Source: Eledone cirrhosa (lineage: Eukaryota). Taken from it: a DNA stretch of 64,000 bases. The stretch spans positions 10,478,001-10,542,000 of the forward strand of contig OZ024752.1 in assembly GCA_964016885.1 (NCBI GenBank). Direction: 5' to 3'. Positions 47,824-60,757 of this stretch are shown here, piece after piece. The notes beneath the pieces are model-generated. The model saw only the letters and a list, made by a program, of their open reading frames with translations, was not told the DNA's origin and searched no databases. Made by a program: the position numbers and the translations under genes. The stretch's first letter is position 1. Each line of letters begins with the position of its first letter.

Positions 47824-47906
47824 GAGGTAATATTTAATTTGTTGGGATACAACAAGCAAAATATTTTTATAACTGATATAAAACACTCAACAAATTATTC
47901 GAGTAA

Positions 47907-48262
47907 ATATACAATATATTAACAAATGGAAACTATATTAATAAAACCATATTTATTTCATTATACATATTTCAAGGGCCACTAAGGCAAACTATGGTAC
48001 GCTTTCATCAGTTAAAATATAATATAGGTTAGTTTTATAAATAAATATTAACATACCCTGAAAAAATGCAACCATTCTGGTTGGAATCTCCAACCAGAAT
48101 GGTTGCATTTTTTCAGGGTATGTCAATATTTATTTATAAAACTAACCTATATTATATTTTAACTGATGAAAGCGTACCATAGTTTGCCTTAGTGGCCCTT
48201 GAAATATGTATAATGAAATAAATATGGTTTTATTAATATAGTTTCCATTTGTTAATATATTG

Positions 48263-48266
<4 letters not shown>
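47907..48266. mobile_element. Near-perfect palindrome (~178-bp arms, 3-nt loop) with outward-pointing hammerhead motifs
   Basis: Centre ttgga-atc-tccaa at 48081-48093. Cores at 47955-48018 (-) and 48156-48219 (+). Confidence 0.88.
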
Positions 48267-48310
<44 letters not shown>

Positions 48311-48461
48311 TATATATATATACATATATGTGTTCAAATCGTAAGGGACCAGATTCACTAAGGTGAAAAGAATACTAAATATAGACAATGGGTTTGCTAG
48401 ACTAAATTTAACAATAAATTAAGAAAAATAAATACAAACCTGAATAGGTGGCAATTAACAA

Positions 48462-48543
48462 TCACCCGGACAGTTTTGTTAATACTGTTTCGCAATAATA
48501 ATTGTGAAGAGGAATTCCAAAATTCTAGCTCATCAGCGGGTGA
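48462..48543 (-). ncRNA. Type I hammerhead ribozyme
   Basis: tcacccg-CTGATGA-gc...gc-GAAA-cagtattaacaaaactg-TC/cgggtga. Confidence 0.85.
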
Positions 48544-49003
48544 AGAATTGGATAGTGTGTGTATATATAACGCACAGGATACCAGAACTTAGCGCGTCTC
48601 GCAGATTCACGCCACTATAAATAGCAGCCGGGTTTACTCGACATTTGAATTAGCTCGGCAAATTAACGGAGCCGAATATATCAAAGGCATGTATTGAGTT
48701 AGAAACTCAAAATAATATGTTACAATAAAATTAGCTCTAGGCAAGAGGTTTTTCCGAGCCGTATAATATAACTGAACAAAAAAGAAAAACGAACCCAGAC
48801 ATATACGGAGCCGACTATTTCAAAGGCATGTATTCGGCTCCGTTAATTCGTCGAGCAAATTCAAATGTTGAGTAAACCCGGCTGCTATTTTTAGTGGCGT
48901 GAGTCTGGGAGACACGCTAAGTTCTGGTACCATGTGCGTTATATATACACACACTATCCAGTTGTTTAGTATACTTAGAAGTGATCAGGATACTAATAAT
49001 TCT

Positions 49004-49085
49004 TCACCCGCTGATGAGCTAGAATTTTGGTATTCCTCTTCACAATTATTATTGCGAAACAGTATTAACAAAACTGTCCGGGTGA
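49004..49085 (+). ncRNA. Type I hammerhead ribozyme
   Basis: tcacccg-CTGATGA-gc...gc-GAAA-cagtattaacaaaactg-TC/cgggtga. Stem I 7 bp, stem III ACAG/CTGT, GUC at 49076-49078. Confidence 0.87.
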
Positions 49086-49528
49086 TTGGTAGTTACCACA
49101 ATTCTGGTTTGTATTTATTTTTCTTGATTTATTCTTAAATTGAGTCGGGCTAACCCATTCTCTATAGTTAGTATTCTTTTCACATTAGCGAATCTGGTCC
49201 CTTACGATTTGAACACATATATGTATATGTCTGTGTGCGTTTTTCGTTTTTCGTTTTGGTTCAGTACGGCTCGGAAAAATCTCTTTCCTAGAGCTATTTT
49301 TATTGTAAGAGACTATTTTGAGTTTCAAACTCAATACATGCCTTTGATATATATATATATATGTATGTAAAAGGTAAACAAAAATAACAACACAATCGGT
49401 ACAGTATATATTAGGTTAACGCTTGATATAGCAGATAGTTATACATATATATATATATTTATATATTTATATATATATATATATACGTATATAAACATAT
49501 ATATATATATAAACATATATATATACAT

Positions 49529-49603
<75 letters not shown>

Positions 49604-50160
49604 TTTGTGTGTAAGTATAGAGGTATAGTACTAAGTAGAGTGTAACAATAATAATAAAAATTACAATTTGTATATCGTCTTTACGTCTATTAAGTGGTGA
49701 CGCACGTTTTGCTATCGATCACCTCAAGCTTCGATCTGTATCGATCATGCCCGACTCTGGAATCAAAAGCTAGTCGGACCTCTGTTGTGGTAATGGTAGA
49801 ATGAACCTCTCAGTGCTTAGAACGACTATGAAACTAATATGGTTTTACTACAAGCGATGTTTGTGTGTGTTTAGTAGATGAGGTGAGAATTATAATGAAT
49901 AAATGGTGAGAGAAAGATGGTGGTGGGAAACAATGGTTGGTAGGAGTTTCCAAGGAGTGGTGTTTTGGATGTTTTATAGACATTATGGCGCGTATGAGGT
50001 GAAACGAGGGTGCTGGGTGAGATTGTCGATAATGATTGATGGGAGAAAAGGGATGTTTTTTATGGATCAAAGAGAGATGGGGTTTGTGTTGTTTAGATGT
50101 TTGGTACCGAGAAATAAATAAAAGTAAATTAAAAATTCCCTCCTATTGAACGCGGGATAC

Positions 50161-50219
<59 letters not shown>

Positions 50220-50282
50220 CGTGTGTGTGTGTAGGTATGTACATATATATATAAAGGTTTTTATATATGTATATATATATAT

Positions 50283-50476
50283 ATAACTAAGGAGGTGCGG
50301 TAAGGAAACGGATGGACAATAACGCACCAGAGTACTCAATACTTAGGGTAGTAGAGTGGGTAATAGGAAAAGGCGTGACCTCGACGGCAGAGCTCAAGCC
50401 GTTTCGACGGATATTTCTAGGCTCAGAAATAGCCGTCGAAACGGCTTGAGTTCTGCCGTCGGGGGTCCAACATTTT

Positions 50477-50481
<5 letters not shown>
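50283..50481. mobile_element. Half-hammerhead foldback element
   Basis: Arms about 50364-50418 and 50425-50481, each carrying gtc-GAAA-cggc..gccg-TC-ggggtc. Shares the family tail. Confidence 0.8.
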
Positions 50482-50528
<47 letters not shown>

Positions 50529-50570
50529 TATGTATGTATACGTACATACATAACTTATATATATATATTT

Positions 50571-50705
<135 letters not shown>

Positions 50706-51204
50706 TAAGAACATAGCTGCATACAAATATGTATTTGAATTTCGTATCTCTTCGAAATGCATCGACGATTGACTTCTCCCTTCTGCAGGACACTCCTGGG
50801 TGACTTTAGCTGCCAGTGATTTTCATAGCTGTGGCTTTCTAAATGTCTATTTATAAACATACCGTATTTCTTTAGAAATACAGGTATGTTCGAAGCTAAC
50901 TGCTAATTCTATTCCATTATAAGTTGAGCCAACTAATACAGCTTCATATTCAAATGAGTTTAATCCCCTCATTTACGCAGAAAAAAATTGTATTTTTTCG
51001 CCTATTTTCAAAGTCCAGAAGTTGCACGACCGGGACAGAACATCCTGATGAGAGCCAGATAAGACCCAATGCATCGATGATTGTCGCTCTTGATTCTGCC
51101 AGACACCACTGGGTGGCATTAGCTGCCAGTATTTTTCATAGGTATGGCTTTCTAAATGTTTATTTATAAACATACTGTATTCAAATATTCAAAAATTATA
51201 ATAT

Positions 51205-51397
51205 ATATAGCAAAGAGTGTGTGGTAAGATACCAGGTGAACCACAAGGCACCAGAATACTTGATACTTGGGGTAGTCGAGTGGGTAATATGTAAAGATCA
51301 GGACCCCGACGGCTGAGCTCCGGCCGTTTCGGCAGCTAGATCCCAAGTTCTGATCTAGATGTCGAAACGGCCCGAGCTCAGCCGTCGGGGTCCTGAA
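51205..51397. mobile_element. Half-hammerhead foldback element (diverged copy)
   Basis: tcaggaccccgacggctgagctccggccgtttcg ... cgaaacggcccgagctcagccgtcggggtcctga. Confidence 0.8.
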
Positions 51398-51500
<103 letters not shown>

Positions 51501-52024
51501 ACATATGCATACACACAATATATTTTTTATGGAAGCTACTTTTAGTTAAATTATATTATAAAATGATTATATGTTTAATAAATTAATAAATATTAAAAAA
51601 ATGTTTATATCTATAAGATTTTTATCTGAATAATTCATCTAAAACACACCAAATCGACGTCAAATATTTCTATTAACAAAATATTCATATAGATAATATT
51701 TTTCTCCCATGTGAATTATATACGAATAGTATTGACTTATACACAAGTCTCAGTTGTAATACACAAGAGCTTTAATAAATATAATTACATGAACCAAGCA
51801 AGAGAAATTGTTAGGTTTGCATGTATGGTAGTTTACGTATGATCACATGAGACGTACATTTTGGCTGAGATATACCACGTCCAATGTATATTAAATTAAT
51901 TAAATATTATATATATCATGACATGATACATGTATATATATATATGTGTGTGTGTGGGTATGTGTATATATAAATATATTCATATATATATATATATGTG
52001 TGTGTGGGTATGTGTATATATATA

Positions 52025-52698
52025 AGTATGTACACGTACATACATATATATATATATACATGCACACATATATATATGCACGTATGGATTCACTGAACAT
52101 TTATTATAATGCTCGGTGTTTTTGTAAACAAACAGCCCGTATTAAGCCGTAGTGTCTAGCAACCATCGTTGCTCGTTTGTTCAACACTGACAAAGGAACG
52201 CTGTACTAGTTTCAAGCTAATTAGCTATCGTCAGCAACATATACCTTACTGCCAGATTGTTGAACGTATATACTTAGCTTATGCATATTAACGGCTGAGT
52301 TGCCCAATTTGCATATCGAGTGGGTTAATCGGCCGGGTGCACCGACAACGATAAACGGAAAAAATGAAACGAAATTTCATTTCCCACTCTTAGTACGGCT
52401 GTTACTTAAATATAAGTATGTACACGTACATACATGTATGTATACAGACGTACAGTAGTATGTATATATATATATACATATATATACATGCACGCACATA
52501 TATATATGTACGTATGGATTCACCGAACATTTATTATAATGCTCGGTGTGTTTGTAAACAAACATCCCGTATTAAGCCGTACAGTGTCTAGCAACCGTCG
52601 TTGCTCGTTTGTTCAACACTGACAAAGGAACGCTGTACTAGTTTCAAGCTTATTAGCTATCGTCAGCAACGTATACCTTCCTGTCAGATTGTTGAACG

Positions 52699-52700
<2 letters not shown>
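52025..52700 (-). mobile_element. Retrozyme-like tandem (~430-bp unit, 1.6 copies) with two co-oriented hammerheads
   Basis: The unit repeats at an offset of about 430 bp. HHRs at 52198-52240 and 52630-52672: acgttg-CTGACGA-tagct(aata)agctt-GAAA-ctag-TA/cagcgt. Confidence 0.85.
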
Positions 52701-52733
<33 letters not shown>

Positions 52734-52790
52734 TTGTGTGCGTCATGTGTATGTGTGTCTGTGTGTGTATTTATATTTATATAATTACGC

Positions 52791-52947
<157 letters not shown>

Positions 52948-53038
52948 TATATATATATTATATATATATAATATATATATATAATATATATATATATATT
53001 ATATATATATAAAATATATATATAATATATATAATGTA

Positions 53039-53077
<39 letters not shown>

Positions 53078-53463
53078 GACGTGTGGTTACGTGGTGCTCT
53101 GTTACATATGAAATGGACATAAAGTCTCTGGAGTGATTAAAGTTAAGTTTATTAATATACAGTTTCGATTCCTCAAATTTGAAATTACAGTGATTTTCAT
53201 GCGTACAATTCCCCTAGAGTTTAACTTTATCTGCATTTCTCTGCATTTCTTAATCTGCATTTCTTATCTCCCCTCTCGAGCACAATCACACGAGTGGAGC
53301 CTTGTAACTTGGATTGAGACGTGATTCTTCTGCAATTTTCGCTATCGTTTAAATGTTAGAATTCCTCTCTGGGTTTATAACAATTCTATTTTGAAGCTAT
53401 ACACAACACACATATGCATATACATACATACATATATATATATATGTGTGTCTGTGTACAAGC

Positions 53464-53494
<31 letters not shown>

Positions 53495-53527
53495 ATATAT
53501 ATATATATATTATATTTATGTAATAAT

Positions 53528-53850
53528 AATAATTGTTTCTACTTTAGGCACACGGCCAGCAATTACCAGTGCATTACTGGTACTTTATTTTATCGACCCC
53601 GTAAGGATGAAAGGCAAAGTCAACCTCGGCGGGATTTGAACTCAGATGGTAAAGGGACGTAACTATGCTGGAAAGCATGGCGTCCGACCCTCTACCGATA
53701 CTGCCAATAATAATAATGATTTATTATATAGGCACACGGCCAGATATTTGGGGGGAGGGGAAGTCGATTTAATCGACCCCAGTGCTTTAACTATATGCGT
53801 CAAAGCATGGCGTCCGACCCTCTACCGATACTGCCAATCCACCGCCCTTA
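53528..53850 (-). mobile_element. Two tandem Nin/Deu-like SINE copies
   Basis: Reverse-complement matches at about 53528-53708 and 53725-53850. Confidence 0.85.
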
Positions 53851-53859
53851 CAATAATAA

Positions 53860-54152
53860 TAATACAAGAACGAATGGTTTCTCCTTCATCACGTTTATTG
53901 GTTGGTGACACGCTTTTCGCTACTGATCAGCCCAAGGTTCGATCTGTATCGATCTAGCCCGTCTCTGTAATCGAAACCTCGTCGGACCAACCAACACAGA
54001 GGTTATCAATACCTCAGACGGCCGACGAACTTTTGATTCCAGAGTCGGACTATATCGATACAGATCGAACCTCGATCTGATTAGTAGCGAAATGCGCGTC
54101 ACCAACCAATAAACGTAATGAAAGAATAACCATTCGACCTTATATTATTATT
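53860..54152. mobile_element. Diverged foldback with CCGACGA-core hammerhead-like motifs
   Basis: Minus arm 53900-53992: ggttggt-CCGACGA-...gc-GAAA-agcgtg-TC/accaacc. Plus arm 54020-54107: gg-CCGACGA...gc-GAAA-tgcgcg-TC/accaacc. Confidence 0.7.
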
Positions 54153-54154
54153 GT

Positions 54155-54525
54155 AAGGGAGGTGGATTGGCAGTATCGGTAGAGCGTCTTATCCATGCTA
54201 TGCAGCAAAGAGTTACGGCCCTTTGTGGTCTGAGTTCAAATTAACTTTGCCTTTCATCCTTACGGGGTCGATAAAATAAAGTACCAGTAATGTACTGGTA
54301 ATTGTGCCAAAAGTAGAAACAATTATTATTATTGTAAGGGTGGTGGATTGGCAGTATCGGTAAAGTGTCAGACATGCTTTCTAGCATAGTTACGTCCCTT
54401 TAAGATCTGAGTTCAAATCCCGCCGAGGTTAACTTTGCTTTTGATCCTTACGGGGTCGATAAATTAAAGTACCAGTAATGTACTGACTAACTGCTGGCCT
54501 TGTGCCAAAAGTTGAAACAATTATT
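54155..54525 (+). mobile_element. Two tandem Nin/Deu-like SINE copies
   Basis: Copies at about 54155-54325 and 54337-54525, each preceded by attattattgtaaggg. Confidence 0.85.
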
Positions 54526-54669
54526 ATATCACTCTGTTTAGCACGACACCTCGATACTGACTTGAACCTAAACAATCGAGAGCTCGCCTGGGTGAACCTA
54601 CAGTAACTCCGCTTAACTTTACACTACATGGATATATATATATATATATATATATCCTTCTCTGTCCCT

Positions 54670-54707
<38 letters not shown>

Positions 54708-54783
54708 TACACTCTCACGGACAGACACATATTTATGTATATATATATATATATATATAAATATATATATATATATCTTTCAA

Positions 54784-55150
54784 ATAATTGTTTCTACTTT
54801 AGGCACAAGGCCAGCAAATGCCCAGTGCATTACTGGTACTTGATTTTATCGACCCCGTAAGGATGAAAGGCAAAGTCAACCTCGGCGGGATTGATATATC
54901 TTTCAAATAATATTTCCTTTTTGCAGCAAAGAGTTACGGCCCTTTATGGTCTGAGCTCAAATCCTGCCGAGGTTAACTTTGCCTTTCGTCCTTACGGGGT
55001 CGATGAAATAAAGTACCAGTAATGCACTGGGATAATTCTTGACCTTGTGCCAAAAGTCTTTTCCATCCTGTCCGCCGGAGCTGTGGGTGGGCCCCATCGC
55101 GTACCGTTGTAGCTGTTGTATACAGATATTATATCACGTTGTAGTAGAAG

Positions 55151-55202
<52 letters not shown>

Positions 55203-55435
55203 GTCTTCAGGGTCTACAAGGTCTACAAATATTTACATCTGATCTAAATTATATTATTTCCATCGGTAGAGGGTTGGAGGCCATGCTTTGACGCATGGAG
55301 TTACGGTCCTTGCCATTCTGAGTTCAAATCCCACCGATGTTAACTTTGCCTTTCATCCGTACGGGGTCGATAAAATAAAGCACCAGTAATGCACTGGGTA
55401 ATAGCTGGCCTTGTGCCAAAAGTAGAAACAATTAT
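54784..55435. mobile_element. Three further SINE copies (54784-54892 -, 54920-55056 +, 55262-55435 +)
   Basis: Matches to the SINE consensus body. Confidence 0.8.
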
Positions 55436-55907
55436 TTCCTTACTGCGTAATAATATTTTAAAATCAATTCAAGATACACACATTATGAGCAGCCTGATCT
55501 CTTTCCGTTAGTTTTTCCTATATGAAAATATGTCAAACATAGAACAAATTAATGTAAGGTCAGTTTCCTTCGAAATTTGTTTAAAAGATATATCAAGTTT
55601 TCGTAAACTTTGACTTGTTCTGCTTAGTATAATCACTACCAACAGACAGGGTGTCTGCTTTTTAACTTTACATTAACACATTCATTAAATATCTTTTCCT
55701 ATCTAATCAATGTTTGATGATTCATCAATTAAATAGCTGTCTCCTAATATTGACTACCCAATTCGTGTCATAAAGCTAATGCATTAACTCGTAATATTTG
55801 TAACAAAATTAATTTCAAACAATTCCATTTCCAATAAAAGCTCACATCATATCTTTCACTCTGTCACTTTTATAAAGCAATGAGTATTAATATATCGCGA
55901 GATATAA

Positions 55908-56447
55908 CAGAAGGCCAGCAATTTCGATACTCTACCGATTCTGCATTTGCACCGCCCTAACGTGGTTAAATAATTGTTTCTTATATAGGAACAAGGCCAG
56001 CAATTTCGAGGGGAGGGGAAAGTCGGTTAAATCGACTCCAGTGCGTGACACGTGCTTTAATTTTATTTTCGACCCCGTAAGGATGAAAGGCAAAGTTAAC
56101 CTCGGCGGTGGGATTTGAACTCAGAATGTAAAGAGCCGTAACTCTATGCCGCTAAGCATGATGTTCGAAGCGCTACCGATTCTGCCAATCCACCACCCTA
56201 ACGTGGTTAAATAATTGTTTCTACTTTAAGCACAAGGCGAACAATTTGAAGGAGAGGGAATGTCAATTAAGTCGATTCCAGTGCATTGCTGGTACTTTAT
56301 TTTATCGACCCCGTAAGGATGAAAGGCAAAGTTAACGTGGGTGGGATTTGAACTCATAACGTAAAGGGCCATAACTCTATGCTGAAAAGCATGGTGTACA
56401 ACGCTCTACCGATTCTGCCAATCCACCGCCCTAACGTGGTTAAATAA
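55908..56447 (-). mobile_element. Tandem SINE trimer
   Basis: Reverse-complement SINE copies separated by repeated ccctaacgtggttaaataa at about 55955, 56196 and 56429. Confidence 0.82.
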
Positions 56448-58242
56448 TGGAAACAAGTATGGCGCATTTTTGAAGAACAAAATATATTTCTCCTGCTGCA
56501 TGTAATTTGAGACGTGAAATGGATATTTGCATGTGGCTGGTTCAGTAAATAACGTCCTTGTTGTTCCAACAACTTTGGTTTTGGTGAGATTGCACACCAC
56601 ATTACATAATTTATTACTTTTTTAGAACGTTATAATTAATTGGTAGAAAATCTTATTGCACAATTATAATTAAATTCTAGCTATATTCATGAAGGTGTTT
56701 TACCAATGTTGCTGTTTTGAATGTGTATTTACTTACACTAATTTGGATTCTTTCCCGTTACAGGTGTTGACTCGGCTTCATTATGACAAAAAGTCTTACG
56801 ACATTGTAATGTTTTTGTTATACTTTCAAAGAGTACACCTTACGTTCATTCATCGGGGATATAGTGTATATCAGTGTTCTGTGGAGAGCTTACATTTCCC
56901 ACTCGAGAGCAAGTCTAGGGGAACATAACATAAACTTTTCATATACTATGATTGGAAGTAATGCTAAATTCTTACAATAGTTTTTCATTTAATATCTGAA
57001 CGTCAAATGTTGCAGTTTAAAATAGGAATTCATGATATTTAATATGAAATAATATTTGACACAGCATTCAATAATACGAACCACGTCAAATACTGAAATA
57101 ATGATGTATTATGTGCGACTTGAAAGTTGGGTATGGTAGAGAATTAAATATATAATACTTTGGGAGAAATGATGCCAAGTTATTATACATTATACCAGAT
57201 TATTTATAATTGAAAGCGAGATAACATCATTAGCTACGGACATTTTCTAATGGCTTATTAAATTATTAAAAAGCATTTGACATCAATATCTATTAACCGC
57301 TTTGCTGAATGTCAATATTAGATTGAAGCAGCTATATTCTATAACCTGAATATTAAAAGGTATCAAATACGTTTTAAAGTATTGTCTGATAGAGATTATA
57401 TATATCAATTACGTGAGTTTTCAAATGTAGCTTTACTGTGTAGAAAAATGATTCACTGAAATAGTTATGATTTTAATACCTTTTGACAAAAATTTCAAAA
57501 CTAATACACATGAATAAATAGATTGTGGCTGAAATATTCTCACATCTATAAATGTTTAAACTGAGAATATTTCTTGAATGGTTTTAAGTTAATTTTCTGA
57601 CGTTTCAGAAATGTCGCATTAATAATTATATATTTTGCTGCTAACCAGAATATTAGAGGGAACACTTTTCATCTCACGGCACAATATTTTAAATTACTTA
57701 CGCTCTTCATAACGAAAAACGTAAGTATAACTTATGTTGATTATATGTACTTTTCTAAAAAGAAATCACCTCCTGATAATTCGTGCAATGTTTCCTTCCG
57801 AAATCGCTTATAACTGCAGGAGATTTTGGCCCTAGGGATATCTCCCTACTTGCCACCATAGGTGTTGAGCTGGCCAGCTGCAGTAGTGAGTCTCGCGAGT
57901 TAGAATGATTCTTCCAGCCCATCGCCCTTACCATCCTCCGAGGAAACGTCTCCTTCATACTGTCCGCCGGGGCTGTGGGGAGATCTGCACGTGGGACCGC
58001 ATTTGCTCACTATACAGAGAGATGGGGAGGGCGTGAGAGATGGAGGCGATGACAGTGGGAGTTCGGTCCATATCCTTGTGGTTGTGTTCATTATCTATAG
58101 AGTTCATTCTAGGAGTGAACTAGGAACCAATACCAACTAACAACCAAAATAACATCGACCATAGGGAGAGACACAAAATATAAGTCATCTCGTCTTATAC
58201 CTAGCAAATATTGTGCTTAAGACCAAGTATATTTACATTATT

Positions 58243-58540
58243 AGGGCGGTGGATTGGCAGTATTGTTAGAAGATCGGACGCCATGCTTTGCAGCATAGAG
58301 TTACGGTCCTTTATGATCTGAGTTCAAATCCTGCCGAGGTTAACTTTGCCTTTCATCCTTACGGCGTCGATAAAATAAAGTACCAGTAATACACTGGGGG
58401 TCGATTTAATCGACTTTCCCCTCCCCAAAACGGCTGGCCTTGTGCCTATATAAGAAACCAATATTAGCGTAACTTTGACGGTCGATAAAATAAAGCACTG
58501 TGTATTTGCTGGCCTTGTGCCAAAAGTAGAAACAATTATT
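58243..58540 (+). mobile_element. Nin/Deu-like SINE plus a partial copy
   Basis: gggcggtggattggcagtattgttaga...gagttcaaatcc...gtcgataaaataaagtaccag...ggggtcgatttaatcgac. Confidence 0.88.
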
Positions 58541-58907
58541 CAAATCCATTCTCTCTGTTCGCATTATTCACGACAGTTTTTCAGTAGCTATCGTTTTGAG
58601 GCATCACTATTATGTATATATTTTAGGTATTAACATTATGCAATTACAGTTTATGTGAAGATAACAGACGACATTGTAAAAGAGTTGCTTTGAAATGTGC
58701 CAAAACATATCTACTAACGTTTCTACTAACGTATCCACTAACATATCTACTAAACATACGTACTAACGTATGTGAATACTACATTTTTGGTTAGTCTTTG
58801 ATTGTTAACATCGAAGCTGTTTGTCTATGAAACATAGAAGGCCATTTTTTAGTGCATTTTGGAATATCTGATGCCAATTTGCAACTATATATATATATAT
58901 GTATATA

Positions 58908-59116
58908 TAGGAACGAGTAGGACCCCGACGGCTGAGCTCAAGCCGTTTCGACGGCTAATTCTGGACAAAAAGATTTAGTCCAGAATTAGCCGTCGAAACG
59001 GCTTGAGCTCAGCCGTCGTGGTCCTACTCGTTCCTATTACCCACTCTACTACCCTAAGTATTGAGTACTTTGGTGCGTTATGGTCCACCTGGTTCCTTAC
59101 CACATTTCCTTCGTTA
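58908..59116. mobile_element. Half-hammerhead foldback element
   Basis: Arms 58908-58966 and 58979-59036, followed by the family tail. Embedded in (TA)n. Confidence 0.82.
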
Positions 59117-59184
59117 TATATATATATATATATATACGTACATACATATGTGTGTGTATCTATATATATATGTATATATATATA

Positions 59185-59220
<36 letters not shown>

Positions 59221-59283
59221 TACATTCATATATATATAGATATATTAAGAGAGTAAAACAAAGAATCCTTTAATACATCAAAA

Positions 59284-59340
59284 GTTTTTATTAGCCGACA
59301 ATGTTTCGTCCTATTAAGGACTCATCAGGGCAATCAAAAC
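59284..59340 (-). ncRNA. Type I minimal hammerhead ribozyme, canonical
   Basis: gttttgattgcc-CTGATGA-gtcct(taat)aggac-GAAA-cattg-TC/ggctaataaaaac. Confidence 0.9.
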
Positions 59341-59405
59341 AACAAGAGGTAATTTCGGCAGATACAAGGCTGTTTGACTCAAACACGCTCCAGTATTCTA
59401 ATCCT

Positions 59406-59430
<25 letters not shown>

Positions 59431-59437
<7 letters not shown>

Positions 59438-60458
59438 TATAGAGAAAAATACTGCAGGTAGCACATGGATAACATGTAATAAAATAAGTCCCTCATCAGT
59501 GATTTGCCGAAGATCATAGATATTTCATTGCATTAAAAATCATATATCTCACGTCGGTGCAATAATAACCAAAATAAGTTATTAGGACAATTAAAACGCG
59601 TAAAGCGAGTGAGACAGGAGAACAACAGAGTAAAGCTAACCGGGGGAAAGAAACAAGCTTCAAAAATTATTCTGTGTAGCATAAGCTAGGTGAATATATG
59701 AGCGCTTAGAAAATAGATCCTACACGAGCGAAGGCTATGAGCAGAGAGAGAAAAATAGCGTTCGTGGTGTGCAGGATGAAATGAAGAGAAGAGAGAGAAA
59801 ATCAGTGAGTGAGTGAAAGTGTGAGGAAGAGTTAACGGACATGACAGAGGGGGAGAAACAGAGAGAATGGGGGAACAGTAAGAGAGAGAGAAAAAACACA
59901 GAATCGCAGTGGTAAATATATGTATTAAAATATAGAGAAAAATACTGCAGGTAGCACATGGATAACATGTAATAAAATAAGTCCCTCATCAGTGATTTGC
60001 CGAAGATCATAGATATTTCATTGCATTAAAAATCATATATCTCACGTCGGTGCAATAATAACCAAAATAAGTTATTAGGACAATTAAAACGCGTAAAGCG
60101 AGTGAGACAGGAGAACAACAGAGTAAAGCTAACCGGGGGAAAGAAACAAGCTTCAAAAATTATTCTGTTTAGCATAAGCTAGGTGAATATATGAGCGCTT
60201 AGAGAATAGATCCTACACGAGCGAAGGCTATGAGCAGAGAGAGAGAAAATAGCGTTCGTGGTGTGCAGGATGAAATGAAGAGAAGAGAGAGAAAAACAGT
60301 GAGTGAGTGAAAGTGTGAGGAAGAGTTAACGGACAAGACAGAGGGGGAGAAACAGAGAGAATGGGGGAACAGTAAGAGAGAGAGAAAAACACACAGAATC
60401 GCAGTGGTAAATATATGTATTAAAATATAGAGAAAAATACTGCAGGTAGCACATGGAT

Positions 60459-60462
<4 letters not shown>
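59431..60462. repeat. Tandem of a ~494-bp unit (2.1 copies) within (TA)n
   Basis: attaaaatatagagaaaaatactgcagg begins at 59431, 59924 and 60419. The copies are nearly identical. Confidence 0.92.
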
Positions 60463-60508
<46 letters not shown>

Positions 60509-60724
60509 TATATATGCATGTATACCTACCCACATATAGCAAGGAGTACAATCGTTGATGCATTTCGAATTGGACACCGCCTGGTGCTGATATAAGCCGG
60601 TGATTTTGCATAGCTACGGCTTTCTAAATTTTTATTTATAAACATAGCATGTTTCTTTAGAAATACGATTTCCCATACATATCTGCAACTAAATTCTAAT
60701 CACACACACACAGACGCACACCTA

Positions 60725-60757
<33 letters not shown>

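Larger units (their letters stand above)
48330..49350. mobile_element. Inverted pair of ~500-bp hammerhead-bearing units, circularly permuted relative to each other
   Basis: 48330-48680 matches the reverse complement of 48830-49220, and 48680-48805 matches that of 49222-49350. Confidence 0.85.

Noticed and set aside
57755-58091. GC-richer stretch with two short ORFs resembling an exon
   Set aside because: Parts recur inverted at about 23785-23900 and directly near 55062-55090, so it is a dispersed repeat. No recognisable protein.
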